From positions 327,749-391,748 of the forward strand of contig CAVPTO010000003.1 in NCBI GenBank assembly GCA_963708675.1: a stretch of DNA of 64,000 nucleotides. Direction: 5' to 3'. Numbering within the stretch: the stretch's first letter is position 1; each line of letters starts with the position of its first letter. The notes beneath the pieces were generated by a model. It searched no databases. It was not told the origin of the DNA and saw nothing but the letters and a program-made list of their open reading frames with translations. This document shows positions 9,792 to 20,431 of the stretch, in pieces. The stretch comes from an uncultured Planctomycetota bacterium. GTDB taxonomy: Bacteria > Planctomycetota > Planctomycetia > Pirellulales > PNKZ01. Both the position numbers and the translations under genes were made by a program.

Positions 9792-12059
9792 CTACGGCCG
9801 GTCTTTTTGGATGTGACCAACCAGCCGGATGATTGGCTGCTGATCCTGTTCATCCAGCCATCGGTTCAATTCGGTAAGCTGGGCCTGCAACTTGGTTTCC
9901 TCAGCAATCCGCGACTGGACATTCGCTTCGGCGGAGCTCAGCGAATCCTTCTTGAGCTGACTCAAGGAGCTTTTCGATTGGTTGAGGGCACTCGTCACCG
10001 AAGCCTTCGTGAGCGGCTGGAATGCGCTGTTCGTTTTGTGCGGAAACAACAGGATTTTGACGTCGGGCTTGATCGTGAGTGCGGCAACTTTCGCCCCATC
10101 AGATTTCTCGGCAGCAGCGAAGACCAGCTCGATTTGAAATCCCTTTACCCAACCGCTGTGCGTTGTCCCGCGGGAGGCATCCAAAGCAAGGTCGTTGGAC
10201 GCCGATTCGACCGTCTGCACAACATGGTAGCCGAGCGGAAGATAACGCCAGCCCGGCTCAAACGCCTTGGAGCGTCGCTTCTGACAATCTTCGACACTGA
10301 ACGCGATGACCGATTCGTGGCGAGGAAAATCGAACGTCACCAGACAATCCTCTTCGCCCACGAAGACGCGCAGTACATGACCCAACAGACGAGCTTGATC
10401 CTCGGGCCTCTTAGCATCGAAGTTCAGCACCAGTGTATTGTCATTTTGCTGAAGGTGAGCGATCGTCAGCGGCGTGATGCCCATATTGGTTTTGATCACC
10501 CAGTCGCGGGCAACGTTCTCAAGGGTCAAAGAGCCGTGCGCAGACTCGGTATCTTCGATCTCGATTCGAACAGCGTCGCCACGGTTGTTCTTCCAACGCA
10601 CGAGCTCCATCGACTCCGACGTTCCGTCGAAACGCAACATGGCCTTGGCTGTGCGACCTTCGTGTAAGCCGACGAACGCGAACTGCTGGTAGGCGGGGTT
10701 CACATCGGCAGAGACTACCGGAGACGCTTGTGACATGTTCGGCGCACCGCCAATGGCAATCTGCGGCGAAGGTTCTTCGTTTGGCTTGAGCGGCGATTCA
10801 CTGACGTTGGACGCTGAAGCGACCTGTGAAGTTTCACGCGTTGGCGCTTCTTGAGTCGCTTGGGCGGGCTCAACTTCGGAGACTTCAGTCTTGCGTGTCG
10901 AGGTCGACGATTTGCCGTCGTGAACCGGAGCGGCCGAAATTTCACGATGCGACCGCGAACCGAGGACATAGGCGACAAACGCCAACGACGCCATCACCAG
11001 CACCACACACGCGATGGCGGAAGCATACAGAACGGCTTTGGGAACTCCTCGTCGTTCCCGATGCGGAACGAGTGGGGTGCGGGTCGAGGGATTCTCCGAG
11101 TTGCGATCGTCGTTGGCCGAGTCGCGAATCGTTGGCTGCAGCGCCGATACGCGGATGTCACCGGCACTTTCAACAGCCTCGGATGGTGGAGCATCTGCTG
11201 CGTCCTTCAGATCAGCAATCACCATCGTCGCCCGTGGGTGTCGAACGGGTTCCACCTGCGGCAGCTTCCCGGTCAGCGCTGCGGTCACCAGCGGTCTGTC
11301 GGGCGCTGGAGGCATTTGCTTACAAAGATCGAACACCAGCCAATGCGGCGAACGCCGCGCGGTCTCCGCCTCGGGCTGTCCGTCGACGACGAATCGCCAT
11401 TGACAATCGACACCCGGCGGAAGGCGCGTGAAGAATGTGCTGAACGTCACGTCCCAACGATGCTCCGGCGCGACCAATGCCAGCGCCTCGGCTACCAACG
11501 GCAACGCATTGAGGCCGAGTGGAATAATGACGTGTGTGGGTTTGGCATCGCGATCGCCGGCTGTCGCTGCAAGAACGCCTGCCCAGCCTGCGTCGCCCGT
11601 GGCTCGCTGCCATGCCGTGCAAATGCGTGGCGATTCGGTCAACGCAGGCGGCTTGCGACCAGACGGCAGAATGCGCGGCTCGCCCTGCCACGACGTCTCC
11701 ATGAAGTTCGGCTCGGCCAAGAGACGCGCCGGCCCGCAGGCGGAGCGTTCGGCCGCGGTCAACGCCACGTGGTGCGCGAGTTTGTTAGACCGCTGCGAGT
11801 AATCGATGCCGGCATCGCAAACCCGCGAGAGGACATCGAACGACTGCCCGCCGACGACGATCTTCAGGTGTGAGTAGTTGACCGGGTTTTGCGACGCGCG
11901 CTCGTCATGGGGCGGAAACAGATGGCGATAGCCGCTCAGCGATTCGAGGCGATCGGCGAGCGTGACGGCCATTCCCGCCGTGCTGGCGACCGTGCAGAAC
12001 CCCTTCACGCCGCTGCGGAGTCCGCGCGGAGCGGAAGTGTAAATCAGCTCCTGCGTCAC
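9792..12059 (-). CDS. GTPase-associated protein 1-like (GAP1-N2/GAP1-M) with TM and extracytoplasmic domain
   Basis: N-terminus 'QELIYTSAPRGL...GFCTVA...LESLSGY...GIDYSQRSNKLAHH' and 'RWDVTFSTF' match GAP1-N2/M as recalled; GTG start overlaps the GTPase stop; TM 'AVLYASAIACVVLVMASLAFVAYVLG'. Confidence 0.75.
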   Translation of the reverse strand: MTQELIYTSAPRGLRSGVKGFCTVASTAGMAVTLADRLESLSGYRHLFPPHDERASQNPVNYSHLKIVVGGQSFDVLSRVCDAGIDYSQRSNKLAHHVALTAAERSACGPARLLAEPNFMETSWQGEPRILPSGRKPPALTESPRICTAWQRATGDAGWAGVLAATAGDRDAKPTHVIIPLGLNALPLVAEALALVAPEHRWDVTFSTFFTRLPPGVDCQWRFVVDGQPEAETARRSPHWLVFDLCKQMPPAPDRPLVTAALTGKLPQVEPVRHPRATMVIADLKDAADAPPSEAVESAGDIRVSALQPTIRDSANDDRNSENPSTRTPLVPHRERRGVPKAVLYASAIACVVLVMASLAFVAYVLGSRSHREISAAPVHDGKSSTSTRKTEVSEVEPAQATQEAPTRETSQVASASNVSESPLKPNEEPSPQIAIGGAPNMSQASPVVSADVNPAYQQFAFVGLHEGRTAKAMLRFDGTSESMELVRWKNNRGDAVRIEIEDTESAHGSLTLENVARDWVIKTNMGITPLTIAHLQQNDNTLVLNFDAKRPEDQARLLGHVLRVFVGEEDCLVTFDFPRHESVIAFSVEDCQKRRSKAFEPGWRYLPLGYHVVQTVESASNDLALDASRGTTHSGWVKGFQIELVFAAAEKSDGAKVAALTIKPDVKILLFPHKTNSAFQPLTKASVTSALNQSKSSLSQLKKDSLSSAEANVQSRIAEETKLQAQLTELNRWLDEQDQQPIIRLVGHIQKDRP

Positions 12060-13486
12060 GGCGTCGCCTCCTTGCGAGACGTGTTGCTCGTATCCTCGTG
12101 AAGTCGAGTGACGGGCAGCGTTTGGCCGTCGGATGGCGTGCTGCGCGTGTACGGGATGAGTCCTTCGACCCATCGAGCCAGCGCATAGAGCATCGGAACT
12201 TCCGTCCACATGGGCTGAATGTCTTGCGGACGGACCAACAACGCGCCGGTGCCGGCCTGCGATTCGGGCGGACGCCCCAAGGCGCTGGCGGGCACGTAGA
12301 GAACTTCTTTGCAGAACCCCTCAGCCGCGGCGACGAATTCACCGCGATGCTCGAGCATCACCTTGCGAACGCGGCGCGACATTTCTTCGACCACTGAAAG
12401 ATCAACGGCTGACAAATCACCTTTGCCCGCGCGGACCACTTGCGACAACTCGAGCCGTTGGGGCAGATCGCCGAGCAGCGATCGCCACGCGTCGAATTTC
12501 GTGACGACGACAACGAGGGGCGCCGTGTGCTGGCTGGTCTGCCCGATTCCCGCATGGCGCCGCACGCGTGCCGCGGCTTCGAGCAACACGAGCTCTTGCC
12601 GGTACGTGCGGACTCGATCACGCATCTGCGGGTCGGTCGTGTGCTCGGCACATGCCCGACGAAAGTCGGGGTCTTGCGAGGGATCGAAAAGGAAGAACAG
12701 CACCCGTGACAGCGCAAGGTGCCGTGTGACCGGCGTGCCGAGCTTGTCCGAGCCGGGGATGAAATGCTCACCCGCGTTGTCGTACAGACACAAGGCCCGC
12801 GACAGTCGTTCGCGCTGCTCGAAGTATGGATGCCCTTCGAGCGGACGCAGGCCAAACACATACGGCTGCGGAAACATGACTGCCTGATCGCCGAACAGGA
12901 CGGAGTCGTACAGGTGCGCGCCCTCGGTATCGGTTTTGGGCAGCGTGGTCGGCGTCTCGGGATCGGCGTTGAGAAACAGCAACTCCTCATAGCCGTTGAG
13001 CGTCTCGTTGAAGGATGGATCGGCATCGCCGAGTGACAAGTTGAAATACTTCGGCAACACTTTGCGGAGCTGCCAGGTCATGCTCGCCAGGAAGTACGAC
13101 TTGCCCGAGGCCGGTGCCCCGAGGATCGAAAAGAACAGCGGGTCCATTTCGAACAACGCGCGCGGCACCGCGAGATGACAGTTCGGGCAAGCGAGCGTGT
13201 GACACGCGAAGCCGCGGGCGTCGATGGCGTCGCCCTCGGGCGTGAACCGTGAAGGGAGGAACCGAAGCTGCTGTTCCTTGCCGAGTCGCGGATCGCCTTG
13301 CAGCTCTGGGTCTTGCGACACCCAAAGAGTATCGTGTGGCGCAAAGTGATGCCAACAATGGGGGCAGGTCACGCGAGACTGCAAGCGCAGCGATGACCGT
13401 GAAAATCGCTTGGAACTCAAGCGACAGCCTCCAGGATGACACCCTAGACAGGACGCGGGCATCGAACGACAGCCCGACCACTTCAT
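12056..13486 (-). CDS. TRAFAC-class P-loop GTPase with N-terminal Zn finger (double-GTPase/DO-GTPase2-like)
   Basis: CPHC and CPNC; G1 GAPASGKS, G3 DNAG, G4 TKFD, G5 SAL; real start probably ~13385-13400. Confidence 0.85.
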   Translation of the reverse strand: MKWSGCRSMPASCLGCHPGGCRLSSKRFSRSSLRLQSRVTCPHCWHHFAPHDTLWVSQDPELQGDPRLGKEQQLRFLPSRFTPEGDAIDARGFACHTLACPNCHLAVPRALFEMDPLFFSILGAPASGKSYFLASMTWQLRKVLPKYFNLSLGDADPSFNETLNGYEELLFLNADPETPTTLPKTDTEGAHLYDSVLFGDQAVMFPQPYVFGLRPLEGHPYFEQRERLSRALCLYDNAGEHFIPGSDKLGTPVTRHLALSRVLFFLFDPSQDPDFRRACAEHTTDPQMRDRVRTYRQELVLLEAAARVRRHAGIGQTSQHTAPLVVVVTKFDAWRSLLGDLPQRLELSQVVRAGKGDLSAVDLSVVEEMSRRVRKVMLEHRGEFVAAAEGFCKEVLYVPASALGRPPESQAGTGALLVRPQDIQPMWTEVPMLYALARWVEGLIPYTRSTPSDGQTLPVTRLHEDTSNTSRKEATP

Positions 13487-13581
13487 GCCATCTTACGGTG
13501 GCTCGCGACACAGAGCAATTGACGGAACTTGTTGCTGACGCGCGAATTCGGTGTTGTTCGCACCTGCGTTAGTCCCGGATG

Positions 13582-13809
13582 TCACCTCGTGAAGAATCGC
13601 GACACGATTCCGTAGATGAGTGCTCCGCCCATGAGGAGGGCGAACGTGCACCACATCCATCGCACCGTCGCACGTCGGCTAGCGGCGCAACGGTGACACA
13701 TCGTGATCCGGTAGGTCTTGTTGCCGATGAAACGGCCGGACCGGCCCACGCTGTGCGTATCGATCGTCGCGTCGTGGCCAATCTCTTCACCGCACAAGTC
13801 GCAGTTCAT
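13582..13809 (-). CDS. small CxxC...CxxC zinc-ribbon protein with C-terminal TM (75 aa)
   Basis: MNCDLC...MCHRC followed by the hydrophobic helix WMWCTFALLMGGALIYGIV. Confidence 0.6.
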   Translation of the reverse strand: MNCDLCGEEIGHDATIDTHSVGRSGRFIGNKTYRITMCHRCAASRRATVRWMWCTFALLMGGALIYGIVSRFFTR

Positions 13810-13843
13810 CGTGATCGGACTCAGTCGACATGTGCCGCGATAT

Positions 13844-14860
13844 CTATCGCTTTTCGAGCACGAAGCGGAACACGGTGCCGATGCCGTCGTCGAAGTACCG
13901 CCACGACGCTGGGAAGAAGACGATATAGCGGTTGTAGGTTTCGACACCCACGAGCTTGATAGCCTCATCGCGGTTGGCAACTAAACGGTCGAACCATGCC
14001 CGCAGTGTCGGACGGTAATCGTGCACCGAAAGGCGTGTGACGCGAAAGCCGGCGTCCTCGAAAACCTTGCGATGGAATCGGAACGAGGCGTTGATCGAAC
14101 CGGGGAAGAATATCTGGCTGACGATCGCCGATGCCGGAAGCGACTCGCTAAACCGGCAGAAGAAGTGGTGCATCACGCGGCCACCGGGCTTGAGTGCTCG
14201 GTGCAGTTTGGGCATCAGCCGCTGCGACTCGTGCGGCCGCACGTGCTCCCACGCGCCGATCGAATAGATCTTGTCGAACGACGCTTCGGGGTAGTCGGCC
14301 TCGACGAAGTTCTGAAACTTGACGTGAAAGCCGTTGTGCTGCTCGTTGTACGCGACTTGCTCACTCGACAGCGTGTAGCCGTACAGGTTGTCTTTGTCGC
14401 CCGTCGACTCGTAAATGCGCTTGAGCATCGCGCCCCAGCCGCAACCGAGTTCGAGAATCTTTTCGCCCGGCTTAGGGTCGAGGAGGTTGAAGATGAAGTT
14501 CGCTTTGTTCGTCTGCGCTTCCTCGATCGTTTCGTCGCCGCGGTCGAAATCGGCGCACGTGTAGAACATGTACTTCTTGTCGAGGAACAGCTTGTAGAAG
14601 TCGTTCGAAACATCGTAGTGCGCGGCGATGCCTTTACGGGCATCCTGTCGCCGCTTGCTCGCCAGCAACAAACTGCGAGTGAAGGTGGGGGGATAATTCT
14701 TCGCCACCCACACGGCGGCCTTGTTGCTTCGGTCGGTCACGTCATGCCAGGCCTTCTCGGGATCGAGAGGCTCGGGCGAACGGATCATCCAATTCAGATA
14801 GCCGTAAGAAGGTCCATAGACGAGCGCTTCGGTAGCGAGCGCAAGATTTCGATTTGGCAT
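13844..14860 (-). CDS. cyclopropane-fatty-acyl/mycolic-acid-type SAM methyltransferase (CMAS family)
   Basis: AHYDVSNDFY, YTCA, LELGCGWG, TLSSEQ, SIGAWEH, IFFPG and Y..TL..W motifs. Confidence 0.9.
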   Translation of the reverse strand: MPNRNLALATEALVYGPSYGYLNWMIRSPEPLDPEKAWHDVTDRSNKAAVWVAKNYPPTFTRSLLLASKRRQDARKGIAAHYDVSNDFYKLFLDKKYMFYTCADFDRGDETIEEAQTNKANFIFNLLDPKPGEKILELGCGWGAMLKRIYESTGDKDNLYGYTLSSEQVAYNEQHNGFHVKFQNFVEADYPEASFDKIYSIGAWEHVRPHESQRLMPKLHRALKPGGRVMHHFFCRFSESLPASAIVSQIFFPGSINASFRFHRKVFEDAGFRVTRLSVHDYRPTLRAWFDRLVANRDEAIKLVGVETYNRYIVFFPASWRYFDDGIGTVFRFVLEKR

Positions 14861-14921
14861 TCGAGAAGCCTACCTCGGGTTGCCATTCAGCGAACGACGG
14901 GCCTCGGAGTGGACCAAAGGT

Positions 14922-16271
14922 CTACGTCAAATCCGGCAGCGGCCCAGCACCGCAGTAGTCGGGATTGCCGAAGCGGTCGATGCGATGCCCCATGCCGTGC
15001 GCGAGCGATATTAGCAGACGATTGTGCGGGAGTTTCGGGAATTTCAACGAGCGTCCCATGCGGTAGTCCAATCCTCCGCCGACGAGGACGAAGGGAATAT
15101 CGTCCAAGGTGTGCGTGTTTCCTTTACCCAATTCGTTGGTCCAAACGATCAGTGTGTTGTCGAGCAAACTGCCAGGTCCGCCGGGCTCGGGCGTCTCGGC
15201 CAACCGCTTCGCCAGATAGGCCAACTGCTCGCAGTACCACTTGTTGATGCGCGTCAGCTTGTCCTGCGCGTCGGCGTCCTTATCTTCTTTGTGCGAAAGC
15301 TCGTGATGTCCTTCGTCAATGCCGATCCATCGCATCCGTTCGCTGCCAACCGAGTTCGTGAACTGCAAGGTGGTAACGCGTGCGAAGTCGCCGAGCAGAC
15401 TGCTCACCATCAGGTCGATTTGCATCTTCGTGAGGCGAGGCATGTTGTCGTTTTGTTCGTCGATGCCGGGCTCGAGCTCGGGGACCGCGTGACCAACTTG
15501 CTGCGAATCATTCGATCGCAGCTCCTGCTCCATTTCGCGCACGAAGGTCGCATGCTGGTCGAGTAGACGGCGGTCTTCGGCACTCACCATGCCTTGAATC
15601 TTACGCAGATCGCTTTGTACGCCGTCGAGCACGCTGCGCAGCGTCGCTTGATCCTTGGTGCGCCCGTACAGTCGGGCAAACATCTGGTATGGGTCGTCGA
15701 TCGGCGCAATCGGTTGATTGGGGCCCGCGTAAACCATGCGCGTCCAGGTGTCGGCACGGTCGGGCACCATGACGCCGAATTCGAGCGAGCCGTAGCGCGT
15801 GCGTGTCGCGTCGTCGGCTTGCAAAAATCGCTTGATTTCCTGATCGATCGAGATGCCGCTCGCCCAGCCGGCAGGCGTGTCGCTGCCCCCCTGCACATTG
15901 CCGGGAAACAGTTCACTGCCAGTGAGCAAGCAGCCCATGCCGCGCATGTGATTGTCGCCGTCGCCGCGCACCTTATCGCACACGCCATGCAGCGTGAGCA
16001 TGCGATCGCGGAAAGGTTCGAGCGGTTTCAGGCTTTCAGGCAGCGTGAAGTTCTCGCCCTCCTCCGACGGCCAAAAGTTATTAGGAACGACGCCGTTGGG
16101 GCTGAAGACGATGATGAGACGCTGCTTGCGTCGCGATTGGTTCGCGAAGCCGAGACTCGGCAAATTGAGCACCAGCGGCACCGTAGCAGCGCCGAGCCCG
16201 AGCTTGCGGATAAACGCGCGTCGACTGGTCGTGGTCATCGGAATCTCCAATTCAGCGCTCTCTCGGTTCAC
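14922..16271 (-). CDS. DUF1552 family Tat-exported protein
   Basis: SRRAFI Tat motif, 'PNG', 'SIDQ', 'HHELSH', 'GSLLDNT' motifs; paired with the DUF1592 gene. Confidence 0.85.
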   Translation of the reverse strand: MNRESAELEIPMTTTSRRAFIRKLGLGAATVPLVLNLPSLGFANQSRRKQRLIIVFSPNGVVPNNFWPSEEGENFTLPESLKPLEPFRDRMLTLHGVCDKVRGDGDNHMRGMGCLLTGSELFPGNVQGGSDTPAGWASGISIDQEIKRFLQADDATRTRYGSLEFGVMVPDRADTWTRMVYAGPNQPIAPIDDPYQMFARLYGRTKDQATLRSVLDGVQSDLRKIQGMVSAEDRRLLDQHATFVREMEQELRSNDSQQVGHAVPELEPGIDEQNDNMPRLTKMQIDLMVSSLLGDFARVTTLQFTNSVGSERMRWIGIDEGHHELSHKEDKDADAQDKLTRINKWYCEQLAYLAKRLAETPEPGGPGSLLDNTLIVWTNELGKGNTHTLDDIPFVLVGGGLDYRMGRSLKFPKLPHNRLLISLAHGMGHRIDRFGNPDYCGAGPLPDLT

Positions 16272-18676
16272 CGCTTCGCGTCGAACGACAGTTGTCCTTC
16301 GGTTTTGCCACTTTTGGCGCTCGTCGGCTGCGATGCCGAGGCGACCATGATTTCGATCATCAGCTGACGGAAGTTGAATCCGCTCATCTCGAACGATTTC
16401 GTCAACGTGTCGAGCGTGCCGGGAGCATAAGCCCTGACCGGTTGCTTGACCAGATGATGGAACAACTGCTCGACGAGCGCCGCATGGGCCTCGGGACTAT
16501 CGGACAAAAAGGTCGCCAACTCGCGGACGTTGGCAAAGGTGACGGAGGTGCCGTCTCGCGTCTGGTACAGGCCGGTCGCATCGATCGGTTTGCCTTGTTC
16601 CTTCTTGCGAAACCGGCCGACAGCGTCGAAGTTTTCGAACGCGAAGCCCAGCGGGTTGATCATGCGATGACACGACTGACAGGCGGTCGCCTCGGTCTGC
16701 AGCGACACGCGCTCGCGGGTCGAAAGGTTCGCGTGCAAGTTGGCAGGCAGCGGCGCCACGGCCTCGGGGGGCGGACGCAGCGCACGGCCCAGCACGTTGC
16801 GGGCGACGAACACTCCGCGATGGATCGGCGAGCTCGCACTCGTGTAGGCCAGCCCCGCCATGAGATACGGATGCGTCAACACGCCGGCGCGTTTGCCGTC
16901 GTCGAGCTTAACCTTCTGAAACGGTGCGTCCGCTGGAAGTTTGACGCCATAGAACTTCGCGAGACGTCCGTTCATATACAGCGAATCGGCGAGCAACAAC
17001 TGCCGCAGGTCGCCGCCTTGAGTGAAGATGGCGTCGTCGATCGACATGTCGAGCGCGGCTCGCAAGTCGGAAACGAACTCCTCGTCGAACTCGGGAAATC
17101 GTTTAGCGTCTTTGGCGAGATCGACGAATTGATCGGCCTTGAGCCAGCGCAGGAAGAAAGCCCGCAGCTTCGCACGGCAGCGCTGGTCGTCGGCCATCCG
17201 TTCCGCCTGATGTCGAACACCTCCGGCACTCTTCAAGTGTCCCGAGGCGGCGGCCTTGGTGAGTTGGTCGTCGGGGAGCGAATCCCACAAACCCATCGAT
17301 AGCCGCGACGCGATGTCGTAAGCGTCGAGTTCCTTGTCGACATCTTGATACAGGAAGCGGGGCGAGATGAGCGTCATCAGCACCATGCGCTGAATTGCAA
17401 CATTCTGCGCGGCGGCATCGTCCGTTCCTAAACATTCAAACTGCGCGTCGACATAGGCTCGCTTTTCCTCCGACGTGAGCGGACGACGGAAGGCGCGGCT
17501 GGTCCATCGATAGCCGAACTCGAGGGCTTTGGCCCGCGGAACGGGCTGCTTCTTGGAAACGCCGATGAGTTGATGCAGGTTCTCGGTCACGTAGGCCGCG
17601 GTCTCGAGCGCTGCTTCGGTCGCGGCCTCTTCCCAGGCTTTCGAGACCGAATTGCCGCGCTCGTAACCGATGCTGCGATCGTCGGGCGGAAACGCAGCGC
17701 CGCTCACGTAGACGGTCGGGTACGGCTTCGGCGATAAGTACCGGGCCGGAATGACTTCAATGGCGCGGTGAGGCATCCGCCACTTAAGAGCGACGGCCGC
17801 CGACTTCTCTTTGGCCTTGCGCGATTTGAAGTATTGCAGTCGCAACGGCATCGGACGGCCGTCGAGCATTCGCACGGTCGCGCGATGTTGAATGTCGTCA
17901 CCGGATCGCACCGTCGCGTCGATCAACGGGCGATCCAAGTCGTTCAGCCACAGCAGAGCGCCGTTGGCGGATTCGAGAATGATCTCGTACTGACCAGGCT
18001 CGGGCGCGAGCAACCCGCCGGTCCATTGAATCGCGAACTCGTCGTCGGCCATGGACTCGGCGTCGGGGCTACCGGTTCCGAAGTCGAACGCGACTTCGCC
18101 GTCGAGACGATCGAAAACGAAATCCTTCTTGTTGAATCGGCGGCTGTGGTGGTATTCGCCCTTCAAGCCTCCGCCGCCATCCCATGCCTGCCACCAGCGA
18201 AAACTTCCGACGAGGTCGGCCAGCGATTGACGATGCTGCCGGACGGTCAACCGCGAAAGCTCGATCCGCGCGGGCCGCAGACGTTCTTGGGCGAGCGGCG
18301 AATAAAAGGCGTCGTGGATGAACTCGGCCACGCTTTGCGCGTCGGGGCCGACGCAACTACCCGGGTCGTCCTCGGGCATCGTCTTGGCAATGAGCGTGGT
18401 GAGTTCCGCAACCGACTTGTCGCCAACGAGCGGCTTGTCGTACTCGTCCTTCACCCCCTGCCCCACGTCGCCATGACATCGCGCACACTGCTCGACGTAG
18501 ATCGCCTTGCCACGCGCAGGCTCGTTGGCAAGCAAACAATCGCCAGCGGTGGCGATCGCAAGTAGCGCGGTGACGACGATCGTGGCAGTTCGAAGCACGA
18601 CGGTCTCGAAAAAGGGGCGGGCCACCGCGGGCGTCGGAGGACGCAAACGGTAAGTGCTCAGCAGGCCTCTAAGCAT
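16268..18676 (-). CDS. planctomycete cytochrome c / PA14 / DUF1592-DUF1588-DUF1585 protein
   Basis: CARCH and CQSCH haem motifs, PA14-like segment, 'RLTVRQ', 'LISPRFLY', 'ASRLS..LW.S.PD', 'SSPIHRG', '[14 protein letters not shown]'; start uncertain. Confidence 0.85.
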   Translation of the reverse strand: MLRGLLSTYRLRPPTPAVARPFFETVVLRTATIVVTALLAIATAGDCLLANEPARGKAIYVEQCARCHGDVGQGVKDEYDKPLVGDKSVAELTTLIAKTMPEDDPGSCVGPDAQSVAEFIHDAFYSPLAQERLRPARIELSRLTVRQHRQSLADLVGSFRWWQAWDGGGGLKGEYHHSRRFNKKDFVFDRLDGEVAFDFGTGSPDAESMADDEFAIQWTGGLLAPEPGQYEIILESANGALLWLNDLDRPLIDATVRSGDDIQHRATVRMLDGRPMPLRLQYFKSRKAKEKSAAVALKWRMPHRAIEVIPARYLSPKPYPTVYVSGAAFPPDDRSIGYERGNSVSKAWEEAATEAALETAAYVTENLHQLIGVSKKQPVPRAKALEFGYRWTSRAFRRPLTSEEKRAYVDAQFECLGTDDAAAQNVAIQRMVLMTLISPRFLYQDVDKELDAYDIASRLSMGLWDSLPDDQLTKAAASGHLKSAGGVRHQAERMADDQRCRAKLRAFFLRWLKADQFVDLAKDAKRFPEFDEEFVSDLRAALDMSIDDAIFTQGGDLRQLLLADSLYMNGRLAKFYGVKLPADAPFQKVKLDDGKRAGVLTHPYLMAGLAYTSASSPIHRGVFVARNVLGRALRPPPEAVAPLPANLHANLSTRERVSLQTEATACQSCHRMINPLGFAFENFDAVGRFRKKEQGKPIDATGLYQTRDGTSVTFANVRELATFLSDSPEAHAALVEQLFHHLVKQPVRAYAPGTLDTLTKSFEMSGFNFRQLMIEIMVASASQPTSAKSGKTEGQLSFDAKR

Positions 18677-18712
18677 AGCAGATTTGCGACAAATCGTCGC
18701 GGGGCGAGCCGA

Positions 18713-20027
18713 TCACTCGACCGGATTCGCCGCGGATTCGTTTGTGATGCTGTCCGGCTCGTCGCCAGTGCCGCCTTGTCGAGGGATTTTGGCGGGATCG
18801 AGGCTGAGGCGGCGCAGCTTCGGGGCGGCGACCGCTGCAACCGCCACAATCAACAGCGTCACGACGCCTCCCATCCACACCGACGGAACGGTCCCCAGCA
18901 GCTTGGCGGCCATACCGCTCTCGAGCGCCCCAAGCTCGTTCGACGAACCGATGAAGATCATGCTCACGGATGCAATGCGACCGCGAAGCGCCTCGGGCGA
19001 CATGAGCCGAATGATGCCGCGACGCACGACGACGCTCACGGCATCGAACACGCCGCTGAGGAACAACATGACGACCGAGAGCACGATCGATCGCGAGAAC
19101 GCGAAGACGATCATCGTCACGCCGAAGCCGGCCACGGCGATCAATAGACTTCGGCCCGCGTGTTCGACCGGCGGATGCTTCGTCGACCAAAGCATCATCA
19201 CGAGCGCCCCGGCCATCGGCGCAGCGGTCATTACGCCCAGTCCCCTGGGGCCGACGTGCAGGATGTCGCTCGCAAAGACCGGCAACAGCGCGATGGCTCC
19301 GCCAAACAACACGGCGAACAAGTCGAGCGCCATTGAAGCGAGCATGATCTGATCGCTAACGACGTAACGCACGCCAGCCGACACGCTCTGCCAAATCGTT
19401 TCGTCGTGAGGCGCGGCCAACGGCGATCGTGGCTTGAGAAAATGCACCGGCACCCATGCGGCAGCATAGAGCAGCCCGATGCCGACGAACGTCCATGCTG
19501 CGCCGAAGTACGAATAAACCACGCCACCGACCAGCGGGCCGATCGTGCCAGCCGTGAGAAAGACGCTAGCCATGACCGTCGAGCAGTTAATCAACAACTC
19601 CCACGGCACGACCTGAGCTTCGAGCGCCGACGCCGCCGGTTCGGCGAAACCTCGCGCGATGCCCGCCACAAAGACAACGGCATACAACAGGAAAAGCTCG
19701 GCCTCACCTGCGCCGACAGCTTCAAGTACGGCGAGCACCATCGCGCACACGGCCAGCGCAGCGAGCGTCACTCGCAGAATCGACCGTCGATCGACACGGT
19801 CGGCCACGTGACCGCCAAACAACGCGAGCGAAACCGAAGGAATCGCCTCGACCAGCCCCAACATGCCCAGCGACAGCGGATCGTGCATAAGTTCGTAAAC
19901 CTTGTAGCCGAGCACGACCGCGAGCGCACGGCTACGCGCCCGTCGCCAGCGCTGTCGCCGTGAGCAAATAACGGAAGTCGGCAAACGCGAAGGGGCCGGC
20001 CGTGGGCTGGGTTTCGGCAGTAGTCAA
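18713..20027 (-). CDS. MFS transporter (MFS_3/EntS-like); N-terminal frameshift near 19940
   Basis: GGHVADRVDRR motif A and ~12 TM; the N-terminus 'PFAFADFRYLLTATALAT' is in another frame starting at TTG 20027. Confidence 0.8.
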
Positions 20028-20080
20028 CGTGTCGCGATGCTTGGTAGTGGGTCAGTTTGAAATCGGACAACGTGATCGCG

Positions 20081-20329
20081 CTACTTGCGACTCAGCAAAA
20101 AGAAAAGAACCGCGCCAACCGCAGCCCAACATTTCATGGCGAGGTCACCGCCGCGATGGATGAATTCGACGAGCTTTTCGTCTGGCTCGTCCAAGATCCA
20201 GTGCTCAAAGAAGAAGTAAAGCGGCGGCAGGATAGCCCACGCCCCTCCAAGCCAAAGCGCTAAATCGTTTTTGGGGTCCGTCGCCGCTAACCATATCGAT
20301 ATCGCGGCGACAATGGTCGCCACTGGCAT
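20081..20329 (-). CDS. small 3-TM hypothetical membrane protein (IS passenger)
   Basis: Hydrophobic helices incl. 'WAILPPLYFFFEHW' and 'KCWAAVGAVLFFLL'; start could be further upstream (ORF to 20404). Confidence 0.55.
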   Translation of the reverse strand: MPVATIVAAISIWLAATDPKNDLALWLGGAWAILPPLYFFFEHWILDEPDEKLVEFIHRGGDLAMKCWAAVGAVLFFLLSRK

Positions 20330-20431
20330 GCAATACTGGCCAACCCTGATTACCTCGCGCCCATTCACTTGTTCCGTCCTCCGATGCGAATCGGTTGTTG
20401 CCAAAGCTGTTGCTCAGGTCATAATTAGACC

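Noticed and set aside
14021-15247. Long antisense ORFs (also 16292-17302, 41745-43010, 50059-51117, 53475-54614)
   Set aside because: Shadow frames of well-supported genes on the opposite strand, expected in GC-rich DNA; no motifs.
14922-18676. DUF1552/DUF1592 cytochrome pair as a novel system
   Set aside because: Function is unknown, but this is a well-known, highly expanded planctomycete/myxobacterial gene pair; nothing unusual beyond the PA14 insert.
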